Source: Patescibacteria group bacterium (GTDB taxonomy: Bacteria > Patescibacteriota > Patescibacteriia > Magasanikbacterales > UBA922). Taken from it: a stretch of DNA of 64,000 nt. Every line of letters starts with the position of its first letter. Positions within the stretch are counted from its first letter, which is position 1. Positions 40,285 through 48,741 of this stretch are shown here, one piece after another. The DNA is taken from positions 2,677-66,676 of the forward strand of contig JAHJIX010000024.1 of NCBI GenBank assembly GCA_018823045.1, read 5' to 3'. The position numbers were made by a program, and so were the translations under genes. Below the pieces are notes generated by a model. The model was not told the DNA's origin, searched no databases, and saw nothing but the letters and a program-made list of their open reading frames with translations.

Positions 40285-41226
40285 AATTCAAGTTTAAATT
40301 AGTCCACCCCAGTCCTTTTGGAGTGCTTCGTATGGTGAAAGGTAATGTAAAGATTTTCTTGGGGTATTGTTCAGTATATCTTCTACGTATTGTATCTCAT
40401 CATCGGTATAGTTTGCAATATCTGTTCCTTTTGGTATATAGTATCTAAGTAAACCATTAGTGTTTTCTACTCCGCCTTTTTGCCATGGAGCGTACGGATC
40501 ACAGTGATATGTATCAATACCATAATCATTTCTGAGATCAGTATGTTTGGCAGATTCTTTTCCATTGTCAAATGTAATAGATTTAATCAGGTGGAGTGGA
40601 AAGCAATCAATGGTTTTTTGTATTGCAATACTTGTTTCTTCCGCAGTTACATTTAATACTCTATGTATTTTTGTTATTCTATACCTTCGTTCATACGGTA
40701 CAGATAGTGCTTGTTTACTGCCACTTTTCTTCCCTTCGACGGAATCACTTTCCCAATGTCCTGGTATAATATTTGCATCAATATCTGTAGGTCTTTGGTG
40801 GATAGATATTCTGCTAGGTATAGCAATATTTTTTGTTTTTCTCCTTTTATGTTTCTTTCTTTTGTTCTTAGCACGCTTTAAGTGTCTGTATAGACGAAGA
40901 TATCTTCCTTCTCCTTCGTAGATGAATAAATAAATGGATTCATGACTAATAGTCTTTCCTCCAATAAGATGTGCATCATGATACTTTAATCTTCCTGCAA
41001 TAACCGCTCTATACCATGTTCTATCCCTACTATGTGATTTAATCTCATAATTAATAACACTATGACTTCGACCTAAACTTCTGGCTATACCTCTATTACT
41101 TTTTCCCTGTCGTATGCCTATTTCTATGATCATACGCTCCATTATGCTGAGTGGTTTTTTCTTCATATCCGCTTAGTTTAGCCCTTTCTACCCTCCGATG
41201 CAAACTGGACTAATAGACTTTGAATT
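40285..41226 (-). mobile_element. IS30-family insertion sequence (complete; ~0.94 kb) with imperfect terminal inverted repeats
   Basis: The left end aattcaagtttaaattagtcca (40285-40306) matches the reverse complement of the right end tggactaatagactttgaattc (41205-41226). The arms share aattcaa...ttagtcca. The element encloses the transposase ORF. No clear target-site duplication was seen. Confidence 0.7.
40294..41166 (-). CDS. IS30-family DDE transposase
   Basis: An N-terminal HTH (IEIGIRQGKSNRGIARSLGRSHSVINYEI) is followed by the DDE core with GHWESDSV, ITFDNGKE and YHCDPYAPWQKGGVENTNGLLRYYIPKGTD. These are close to the IS30 consensus GHWEGD / DNG.EF / PW.RG.NEN.NGL.R.Y.PK. Confidence 0.85.
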   Translation of the reverse strand: MKKKPLSIMERMIIEIGIRQGKSNRGIARSLGRSHSVINYEIKSHSRDRTWYRAVIAGRLKYHDAHLIGGKTISHESIYLFIYEGEGRYLRLYRHLKRAKNKRKKHKRRKTKNIAIPSRISIHQRPTDIDANIIPGHWESDSVEGKKSGSKQALSVPYERRYRITKIHRVLNVTAEETSIAIQKTIDCFPLHLIKSITFDNGKESAKHTDLRNDYGIDTYHCDPYAPWQKGGVENTNGLLRYYIPKGTDIANYTDDEIQYVEDILNNTPRKSLHYLSPYEALQKDWGGLI

Positions 41227-41300
41227 CGGCTGCTGTACACAACACTTGACATTTTTACTTATTTATGCCATGTTATGGGTATAACAACCTAGGAGAACCC

Positions 41301-41918
41301 GTGAAAACCACATATTCCCTACTCGCCCTTTTCACAATCCAAACCCTCATCGCCTGTACTCAAAAAATTGAGGTTGGTGATCCACAAATAGAACTCTATA
41401 CACCAGGATCTGAAGACATCGAAGCGTTCAAACTCTGTTCTAAAGTCCTTGACGAACACAATAATTGGACAGAACAAGCGTTCTTTGAGTGCCTAGAACA
41501 CCGGTTAAAGATGGATCGAGACCTCGCTGAATGCATAACCTGCGAAACCTTTACTCCTGGTGGCTGCGCAACCAGCGAAAATGTTGCTTGCCTCGATGTT
41601 TTAGAGGAAGATGACTTAACTGTCATTCTCTGCTTCAGCAATCAACTTGTAAATGGAAATGTAGATTTTCTGCAATGTCTCACCCACCCAGAACAGTATG
41701 GTGAAAATACAGAAGAAGACACATCTCCCGAAGAAATTCCGTGTGAAAATCGAGCCAAACAACATGCCCGAGATCATTTCGAAACATGTCTCAATGCAGA
41801 CACATATGAAAATGGAGATGCCCCAACTGAACTTGAATGCTTAAATCAAGCAAGCGAAGTCTCTGATCGATATATTGAAATGTTCTGCAAAGATACAGAT
41901 GAATCGATGGAGGCATAA
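41301..41918 (+). CDS. cysteine-rich secreted lipoprotein
   Basis: GTG at 41301 follows the SD aggaga and gives MKTTYSLLALFTIQTLIAC (lipobox LIAC). The ORF track starts at 41265. There are 14 Cys in ~200 aa, and the protein is acidic. Confidence 0.5.
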   Translation: MKTTYSLLALFTIQTLIACTQKIEVGDPQIELYTPGSEDIEAFKLCSKVLDEHNNWTEQAFFECLEHRLKMDRDLAECITCETFTPGGCATSENVACLDVLEEDDLTVILCFSNQLVNGNVDFLQCLTHPEQYGENTEEDTSPEEIPCENRAKQHARDHFETCLNADTYENGDAPTELECLNQASEVSDRYIEMFCKDTDESMEA

Positions 41919-42505
41919 TGTATCGATTCACGTACATTCTCATATGGATTATGACATCAGCATGTACAATCTCTCCAGAAAATGAAACCACTTTTGCGTA
42001 TCGCATGGCTGATTATCAGGACTATGCGGCCTCACTCGGTTTCTGCCCCGTATGCATAGCCATGCCCAGTGACTGCGATGTAAAACTCGCCGTCATGTGC
42101 AACAAGTATGTCTATGGAATGAATCTAGAACTCGCTGTGTGTGTTGCAAACATCCGCTTTCTCACCACAGCAACCGATGAACTTGATGCGGTTAAGCAGT
42201 GCATTTCTCCTTATTTAGCTTCTCTCATTGAAGGTAAAGAAGAAATCATTTGTCTATCGCATGATCAAATTGAAGATGTCGTAGAGTGCATATACGACAT
42301 CAGATACGATGGTTTATTGGAAACACCTGAGGTAACAACTGAAGGAACCGCACCAGATAGAACAGCCCAAAACACACCACAAGAAAACTGCACCAAGATG
42401 CAAAATCTCTATATCACGCGCTGTCGCGAAGAAGGTGGGGTCGCAGTTGAGTGCTTCGAAGAAAGCGAAGAGCAATACGATCGATGCATCGATCTGCTCT
42501 TATAG
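41918..42505 (+). CDS. cysteine-rich secreted protein, translationally coupled to the upstream gene (TAATG overlap)
   Basis: MYRFTYILIWIMTSAC is a signal with a possible lipobox. About 14 Cys are present. Confidence 0.45.
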   Translation: MYRFTYILIWIMTSACTISPENETTFAYRMADYQDYAASLGFCPVCIAMPSDCDVKLAVMCNKYVYGMNLELAVCVANIRFLTTATDELDAVKQCISPYLASLIEGKEEIICLSHDQIEDVVECIYDIRYDGLLETPEVTTEGTAPDRTAQNTPQENCTKMQNLYITRCREEGGVAVECFEESEEQYDRCIDLLL

Positions 42506-42508
42506 CAT

Positions 42509-42552
42509 AACGAAACGACAAATTGGAGGTCACCGTTTCGTTATTTTTTTTT
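42509..42552 (+). terminator. rho-independent terminator
   Basis: aacgaaacg-(16-nt loop)-cgtttcgtt followed by atttttttttt. Confidence 0.5.
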
Positions 42553-42607
42553 GCCTAAAAAAACAAGCAGTATTTCTACCACTTGCTTTTAAATGTTTTG
42601 TATCGAA

Positions 42608-43675
42608 TTATTCTCCAAGTTGTTCTGCAACTTCTTGTGCTAAGTTACATGCTGCTTTTTCAATTCCTTCACCAACTTCATATTTGATGAATTCAACAAT
42701 TTCTGCTGTTCCACCAAGTTTTTTAGCTTCTACAGCTACTGCTTCAGCTACAGACATATTTTCATCCATAACATATCCTTGATCAAGCAAAGCTTGTTCG
42801 TTATCAAGTGATGTATTATCAGCCATAAAACGTTCCAGTTTCCCTGGAATAATATTATCCCAAATACTTTCAGGTTTTCCTTCAGCTTTTAATTCTTCTC
42901 GAATACGATTTTTTTCTGTTTCAAGTACTTCTTCAGTAATTTGAAGACGACTAATGTATTGTGGAATATTTTTAAGTGTTTTTCCTAGACGCCCTAACTC
43001 TTCATTTTCTTTCTTAATTGATTCGATACGTCCTTTTGTTTCTTCTTCTACAAATGCAGGATCAAAATCTTTATAGCTGAGTGTTGACGGTTTCATTGCC
43101 GCAATGTGCATTGCAACGTTCTTCAACATTGGAGCCATTTGTTCTGCTGTTTTTGCGCTGTCACACTTCGCTGCAACGAGTGCACCCACTCTTCCATTTG
43201 AATGGATGTATCCGTTTACAACACCATTTTCACCGGCATGTAATGTGACAAAACGTCTAATAACAATTTTTTCACCGATCTTTGCAACTTCTGTAGTAAA
43301 ATATTCAGAAAAAGTAGTACTTTCGCATGAAGTTTCTTGTAATTCTTCTACGGTACTCACTTCATTTGCAAATACTTGCCCTGTTGTTTTTTCAACTAAT
43401 GACACAAAACTATCATTTTTTGCAACAAAATCTGTTTCAGAATTAATTTCAACAATTGCAGCTGAGGCATAAGTATCGGCTACTTTAATGCCCAGTAATC
43501 CTTCTGCAGCAATTCTACTTGATTTTTTTGCTGCTTTAGTAATACCTTTTTCTTTTAAGTATGCAAGCGCTTTATCTATATCACCATTAGATTCATCTAA
43601 TGCTTTTTTACAATCAAGCATACCAGCGCCTGTTTTTGCACGAAGTGCTGCAACATCTTTTGCTGTAACCGCCAT
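42608..43675 (-). CDS. tsf: translation elongation factor Ts (long form)
   Basis: MAVTAKDVAALRAKTGAGMLDCKKALDESNGDIDKALAYLKEKG is the UBA-like N-terminus of EF-Ts. The ORF track start at 43714 adds a 13-aa hydrophobic extension, so the ATG at 43675 is preferred. Confidence 0.9.
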   Translation of the reverse strand: MAVTAKDVAALRAKTGAGMLDCKKALDESNGDIDKALAYLKEKGITKAAKKSSRIAAEGLLGIKVADTYASAAIVEINSETDFVAKNDSFVSLVEKTTGQVFANEVSTVEELQETSCESTTFSEYFTTEVAKIGEKIVIRRFVTLHAGENGVVNGYIHSNGRVGALVAAKCDSAKTAEQMAPMLKNVAMHIAAMKPSTLSYKDFDPAFVEEETKGRIESIKKENEELGRLGKTLKNIPQYISRLQITEEVLETEKNRIREELKAEGKPESIWDNIIPGKLERFMADNTSLDNEQALLDQGYVMDENMSVAEAVAVEAKKLGGTAEIVEFIKYEVGEGIEKAACNLAQEVAEQLGE

Positions 43676-43720
43676 AATAATGATAGTTAAAAAATAATAT
43701 TTATGTATACACAATTATTG

Positions 43721-44476
43721 TTACGCTTTTGCTTTAAACTTATTCATGTCAGCAGGAACAACTTCTTTTTTATCAAGTGTTTTCTTTTGTTCAAATTCTT
43801 TCTTCCCAGCTTCAATAGCATCACGCACAAGATTAACCATCATTTCAATAGATCGTACCGCATCATCGTTTGCAGGAATAACATGAGTAACGCGATTTGG
43901 ATTTGCATTTGTATCACAAACACCAATAACCGTAACTCCTGTACGGTTTGCTTCAGTCACTGCTGTTTTTTCACGTTGCACTGCTGGAACAAAAATTGCA
44001 TCTGGCATTGCTTTTAAGTCAGCAAGTCCAGAAAGATATGTATCCATTTTTTCAATTTGTTTGCCAATAGCAACACGCTCTTTTTTTGTATATTTTTCAA
44101 GCTCTCCGTTTGCTTGTTGCTCTTTTAGCGAATTATATTTTTTAATCAATTTTTTAATTTCGGCAAAGTTGGTAAGCATACCACCAAGCCATCGTTCTGT
44201 TAAATATGGCATACCACAGGCTTCTGCGGCTTGTTTTACTACTGCTCTTGCTTGTGGTTTTGTACTCACAAACACAATTTGTTTCCCCTCAGCTGCCATT
44301 TTTTGCACTGCTGGCAATACTTCTGCCAATTGTGCTTGTGTTTTTTCTAAATCTAAAATATGGACGCCATGACGTTCAGTAAAAATATATTGGTCCATTT
44401 TTGGATGCCAACGAAATTTTTGATGTCCAAAATGGACACCAGCCTTAAGCATCTCTATGAGTGTAGGTGTTTGCAT
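43721..44476 (-). CDS. rpsB: 30S ribosomal protein S2
   Basis: MLKAGVHFGHQKFRWHPKM and the classic rpsB-tsf gene order. The SD aggagg is upstream. Confidence 0.9.
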   Translation of the reverse strand: MQTPTLIEMLKAGVHFGHQKFRWHPKMDQYIFTERHGVHILDLEKTQAQLAEVLPAVQKMAAEGKQIVFVSTKPQARAVVKQAAEACGMPYLTERWLGGMLTNFAEIKKLIKKYNSLKEQQANGELEKYTKKERVAIGKQIEKMDTYLSGLADLKAMPDAIFVPAVQREKTAVTEANRTGVTVIGVCDTNANPNRVTHVIPANDDAVRSIEMMVNLVRDAIEAGKKEFEQKKTLDKKEVVPADMNKFKAKA

Positions 44477-44572
44477 AGTATTATTCCTTTTAACCTCCTT
44501 TTACTGTTCACCCTTTGAGTGGTCAAAGAGAGGAATATATATAGTAAAAGTGAGGGATAAATATATGACAAA

Positions 44573-44601
44573 AGTATACTATATCTAGCATAGAATGTCA
44601 A
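44573..44601 (-). promoter_or_regulatory. near-consensus sigma70 promoter for the rpsB-tsf operon (TTGACA-17-TATACT on the minus strand)
   Basis: The minus strand reads ttgacattctatgctagatatagtatact. The ~90-nt leader contains the hairpin ctttgagtggtcaaag. Confidence 0.45.
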
Positions 44602-44647
44602 CTATTCTATCCCCCACTATATACAAACTTCCTAATTTAAATGATAT

Positions 44648-46156
44648 TTACACGCCAGAACCTACTACAATACTCACATCATCTATCCACATTTCTCCAT
44701 TACCGACAAAAGTATGATGAGGTGCATCATACCACACTCCTTCATAAAAAACAGGCTCAGTTCCATCCACATACCAATTTTGCAATCGGAAGACTAATCG
44801 GAAATCACCCACAAAATCTTGTGGTACGGTAAATGTTCGTGTATATGATGCCCATTCTTGTGTAGGGTCGAGCTCAACAATATCCATTTCTGTTAATTCA
44901 AAATCATTATTTGAGTCATTTATACCCAAACGTGGCACTAATGAACCGTTTACTTTATATTGAAATGATAATGTATATGTTTCTCCAGGAAGAACTGAAA
45001 TATATCTATATTGTGCTCCACCTAAATTATAACTACCAGTATTCGCCGTTTGCGCATATAAAGATTGTAGACCTTCTTGCGCTGTTGCTGCTGTTTTTTC
45101 TAGAGTAATAGAACGAGCATAATTTTCCCAGTTTGTTAACCCGTCTGATTCCATATCACCATCAACAACCAAAATTTCTTCTATATGTACATCATCTACC
45201 CAAGCCATACCATTTCTTGTACTCAAACGCAAGATAACATTTGAGGTATTAAACACACTACCAGAAATAACACGGGTATATTCTTTCCACACTCCAGAGG
45301 TATTCCAAAAATATGATGGCAATCCTTCCACATCACTATTTGCATCAGAATCACCAATAATTACATTGAGTGACCCATTTTTAACTTTATATCTAAATGA
45401 AACTCGATATGTTTTTTCTGCTTCTAATGGAATATGACTTTGATACACACCACCACCAATTCTCTCTGCATTCCCTATTTCTAAAGATTGAACACCTTCA
45501 AATGCTGTCGCATTCGTCTTTCTCCAATTGGTATTCCCCCCCCACCCGCTCCAACTGTCTGTATCTAAAGACTCAAAATCTCCATCACGAACAATTGTTA
45601 AAGATGGAATTTGTTCTATAGTAATATCATCAATATATGCTTCACCCAATAACACACTTACACGCACTCTAAAATCATCAACAAAATCACTTGGCACAAT
45701 AAAATCTCTCTCATAATATTGCCAAGTATTATTTGTAGAGGCTAATGAAACATACTTTTGCTGATAATCTGAATTAGAACTTCCTATCCCAAGTATTGGA
45801 AGGACATTACCTACCGTACTTTTATATCTAAATGAAAATGTATATGATCTACCAGCTTCTACAGGAATATCTACCTCTTGAATTCCAGCATGAACGCCAG
45901 TTGAATTAATATACGTAGAATACAATCCACCAAACTGTTCATCCTGTGTTTTATTCCATGCAACCGGCTGCCCCCAACGTAACCAATTATTTGTTGGGTC
46001 TTCCATATCCCCATCTACCACATGATTAGCCAAGCCCTTATTCACTGACGTTACACCCGTTTCTTCTACAGCAGAAGCACTCATTTGAGGAGTTAGCCCA
46101 AAAAACACCATAACAATCACCATATATATGGTAAAAAATCTTGTATATTGTTTCAT
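44648..46156 (-). CDS. secreted protein made of three CBM4/9-like modules; paralog of the C-terminus of 4732..7467
   Basis: The signal peptide is MKQYTRFFTIYMVIVMVFFGLTPQMSASA. The modules begin VVDGDMEDPTNNWLRWGQP, VRDGDFESLDTDSWSGWGGNTNWRKT and VVDGDMESDGLTNWENY. These are near-identical to motifs in the 927-aa protein. Confidence 0.6.
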   Translation of the reverse strand: MKQYTRFFTIYMVIVMVFFGLTPQMSASAVEETGVTSVNKGLANHVVDGDMEDPTNNWLRWGQPVAWNKTQDEQFGGLYSTYINSTGVHAGIQEVDIPVEAGRSYTFSFRYKSTVGNVLPILGIGSSNSDYQQKYVSLASTNNTWQYYERDFIVPSDFVDDFRVRVSVLLGEAYIDDITIEQIPSLTIVRDGDFESLDTDSWSGWGGNTNWRKTNATAFEGVQSLEIGNAERIGGGVYQSHIPLEAEKTYRVSFRYKVKNGSLNVIIGDSDANSDVEGLPSYFWNTSGVWKEYTRVISGSVFNTSNVILRLSTRNGMAWVDDVHIEEILVVDGDMESDGLTNWENYARSITLEKTAATAQEGLQSLYAQTANTGSYNLGGAQYRYISVLPGETYTLSFQYKVNGSLVPRLGINDSNNDFELTEMDIVELDPTQEWASYTRTFTVPQDFVGDFRLVFRLQNWYVDGTEPVFYEGVWYDAPHHTFVGNGEMWIDDVSIVVGSGV

Positions 46157-46456
46157 ATGATATTGCGTTACTTAAATTATAAACATCAATTATATTCAAT
46201 CCTCCATAAATAGTATCCCCTCGCTATGTTTCTCTGTATATGTAATTTACCTATGTTCTTACTACATACGCTTATAAAAAATATGTTTGCATATTAAGTA
46301 TTATTAATAAAAAAAATGTTCTTTTAATTTATCTGATAAAATTTTTCCATGCATACCTCCTTATGTTTTATATAAGAAATGCCTCTATTTTTATACTAGC
46401 ACATATTATTTAACAGAACAAATCAATATATAAACAAATACTCCCCGGAATTCCTG

Positions 46457-46483
46457 TTGACAAAGCTAAAATTATGCTATACT
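46457..46483 (+). promoter_or_regulatory. candidate promoter (TTGACA-15-TGcTATACT) for the dsbA-like gene
   Basis: ttgacaaagctaaaattatgctatact. The spacer is short but there is an extended -10. Confidence 0.3.
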
Positions 46484-46508
46484 ATAGTCATTCTCATAAC
46501 AAACAGTT

Positions 46509-47252
46509 ATGTACAACACAAACAATCAAAAAACAACGCACATTTTCCTCTCTGGACTAAGTCTTTTAGCACTGACCGCTTTTTTAACATTTTTAGCGCT
46601 ATTTGGCTATTATCTTTGGATAGAAGTCATGGGCTCCCCAGAAGAAAAACAAGAGATCTTTCAACAATTTTCAACACAATTTAGAGAAATACCAGAAAAT
46701 ATTGCATATAATGGTGAATCCCTCAGCACGGACGAAGTTGAGGCACTTATTTACAACAATACTCCTGTGCTTGGTATTGCAAATGCCCCGGTAACAATTG
46801 TTATGTTTATCGACTTTCATTGTCCATATTGCATACAATCATACGAGACACTCAAGTCAGTACAAGAACAATATGGTCCTGTTCTTCGTGTCGTATTTAA
46901 ACACTTCCCGGTTGATGCACTCGATGCTGATGCCACACAAACGGCAATTGCAGCACAATGTGCACAACAATCTGGACAATTTTGGCCTTATTATAGCAAA
47001 ATATTTGAATCCGAAGCGCGAGACAGCACCACGCTCACCGCATATGCACATGCACTTGGTATTCCTTTAGACACATTTCAATACTGTATACAAACAGAAC
47101 AAAGTAAAGCGCATATTTTAGCAGACATTGAAGATGGAGTTGATGTAGAAATTCGGGGTACCCCAACCTATATAGTTAATGGACAAAAAATTGAAGGAGC
47201 CATTACACGAGAACAATGGGATACACTGATTATTCAATCACTCAAACAATAA
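46509..47252 (+). CDS. DsbA-family thiol:disulfide oxidoreductase, membrane-anchored
   Basis: An N-terminal TM is followed by a thioredoxin fold with the active site FHCPYC and the surrounding pattern (VTIVMFIDFHCPYCIQ...GTPTYIVNGQ). Confidence 0.7.
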   Translation: MYNTNNQKTTHIFLSGLSLLALTAFLTFLALFGYYLWIEVMGSPEEKQEIFQQFSTQFREIPENIAYNGESLSTDEVEALIYNNTPVLGIANAPVTIVMFIDFHCPYCIQSYETLKSVQEQYGPVLRVVFKHFPVDALDADATQTAIAAQCAQQSGQFWPYYSKIFESEARDSTTLTAYAHALGIPLDTFQYCIQTEQSKAHILADIEDGVDVEIRGTPTYIVNGQKIEGAITREQWDTLIIQSLKQ

Positions 47253-47264
47253 CATCTTGATTCT

Positions 47265-48716
47265 ATGAAAAAAAGTATCAAATATCTGTGTCTTATAGCT
47301 CTTGCACTTCTGGCAATTCCAGGAATTGCATCTGCAGAACTCGACCCTAAATGTTGGACTGAAGAAGAATGTGTCTCAGCACGTATGGGTGCATTTGAAA
47401 TGACTAAAGCTGAAGCACTCAAAGGATTTTATGATCGACCAGAAGCAACAAGTAGATGTGGCACCTACCAATTAGGAAATGAAACAAAAGTACGAGGCTA
47501 CTGTCTGCCGGTTGGACAAACTGTCACAAAAATATCTTTTGGTGGCAAAACGACGTTTAGCAACATGGGTGAATTTATTCAAATCATGTATCGATACGGT
47601 CTCCAAATAGCAGGAATCCTTGCTGTCATTATGATTATTGTCGGCGGATTTCAATGGACCATGTCTGGTGGCAATGCTTCAATCATTGGCGAAGCAAAAA
47701 AACGTATTACTGGTGCCGTCATTGGTCTGGTTATTGCAGCGCTTTCCTTTACCATTCTTCAAACGATCAATCCGCAAACAACGAGCTTTCGACTCCCTTC
47801 TGTATGGATGATTAACCCAACACACTTAGGGTCAGAATACTGCATGGACATTAAAGATAAAAATGTTGTCTATGCCCTCTTCAAAAAAGATCATGATAAG
47901 AAAACAGATGGAGAAAAAGCAAGTGCCCTTGAAGCTGCCAATAGATTTTCTAAATTTACTATCAAACAAGAAGATACAAGCTGTGGCTCAGAATATTTTA
48001 TAGGAAATACTAATGGACAAGTGTGTTCAGGAACAATGTGTAGCCCTGGGAAATTATGTTATTACCCTACTAAGACAGGCAATATTGCTGATCAACGAAC
48101 ATGTATACCAGCAGTTATTGGAGGAAATATACAGGGAGTTGCAAATATTATTGGTTCAAAAGGAAGTTTACATAATCCTATTGATCAAGTTGACCTCATT
48201 GTTATATGTAACGATGGAACTTTAGGAAAGATTCTACCAAAACCACCTACAGAAAGTACAAAAAAAGACACGTATCAATTTACAATTACAAAAACAGGAA
48301 TAGACAAAATATCAAATTACTGTTCTTCACATAGTGGTGTTGCAGGGTATTATCTAGGGGCAGAAACAAATGATAGTGATAACTTAATAGGTACAGGAAT
48401 CGATGATTGGCATGCTATTGGAAAAAACAGTGCAGATAGCCATGAATGTTCTATTAATTTAGGGGCAATTGGCTTTGGATTATTAAATAATCGCTCTCCT
48501 AATTGTAGCAATGAAATAGAAGCCGCTAAAGAATGTTCATGTGCAACTATTAACAAAAGAGGTGACATGCAAAAATTATTGAAAAATCCTGATTTTACCC
48601 AACATTTAATTACAGAAGATGATTTAAAACAAGGATTTTTATGTAATATTAAAGTAGCACGATCAGTTTTTCCTCATTTAGACGGAACACAATATTGTAC
48701 AGAAAAAAGAAATTAA
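47265..48716 (+). CDS. cysteine-rich membrane protein with a central two-helix hydrophobic hairpin
   Basis: The signal peptide is MKKSIKYLCLIALALLAIPGIASA. A hairpin LQIAGILAVIMIIVGGFQW-TMSGGNASIIGEAKKRITG-AVIGLVIAALSFTIL follows. Then comes a ~300-aa Cys-rich domain. Confidence 0.45.
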   Translation: MKKSIKYLCLIALALLAIPGIASAELDPKCWTEEECVSARMGAFEMTKAEALKGFYDRPEATSRCGTYQLGNETKVRGYCLPVGQTVTKISFGGKTTFSNMGEFIQIMYRYGLQIAGILAVIMIIVGGFQWTMSGGNASIIGEAKKRITGAVIGLVIAALSFTILQTINPQTTSFRLPSVWMINPTHLGSEYCMDIKDKNVVYALFKKDHDKKTDGEKASALEAANRFSKFTIKQEDTSCGSEYFIGNTNGQVCSGTMCSPGKLCYYPTKTGNIADQRTCIPAVIGGNIQGVANIIGSKGSLHNPIDQVDLIVICNDGTLGKILPKPPTESTKKDTYQFTITKTGIDKISNYCSSHSGVAGYYLGAETNDSDNLIGTGIDDWHAIGKNSADSHECSINLGAIGFGLLNNRSPNCSNEIEAAKECSCATINKRGDMQKLLKNPDFTQHLITEDDLKQGFLCNIKVARSVFPHLDGTQYCTEKRN

Positions 48717-48741
48717 TTATACATAAACTATTTGATGTTGT

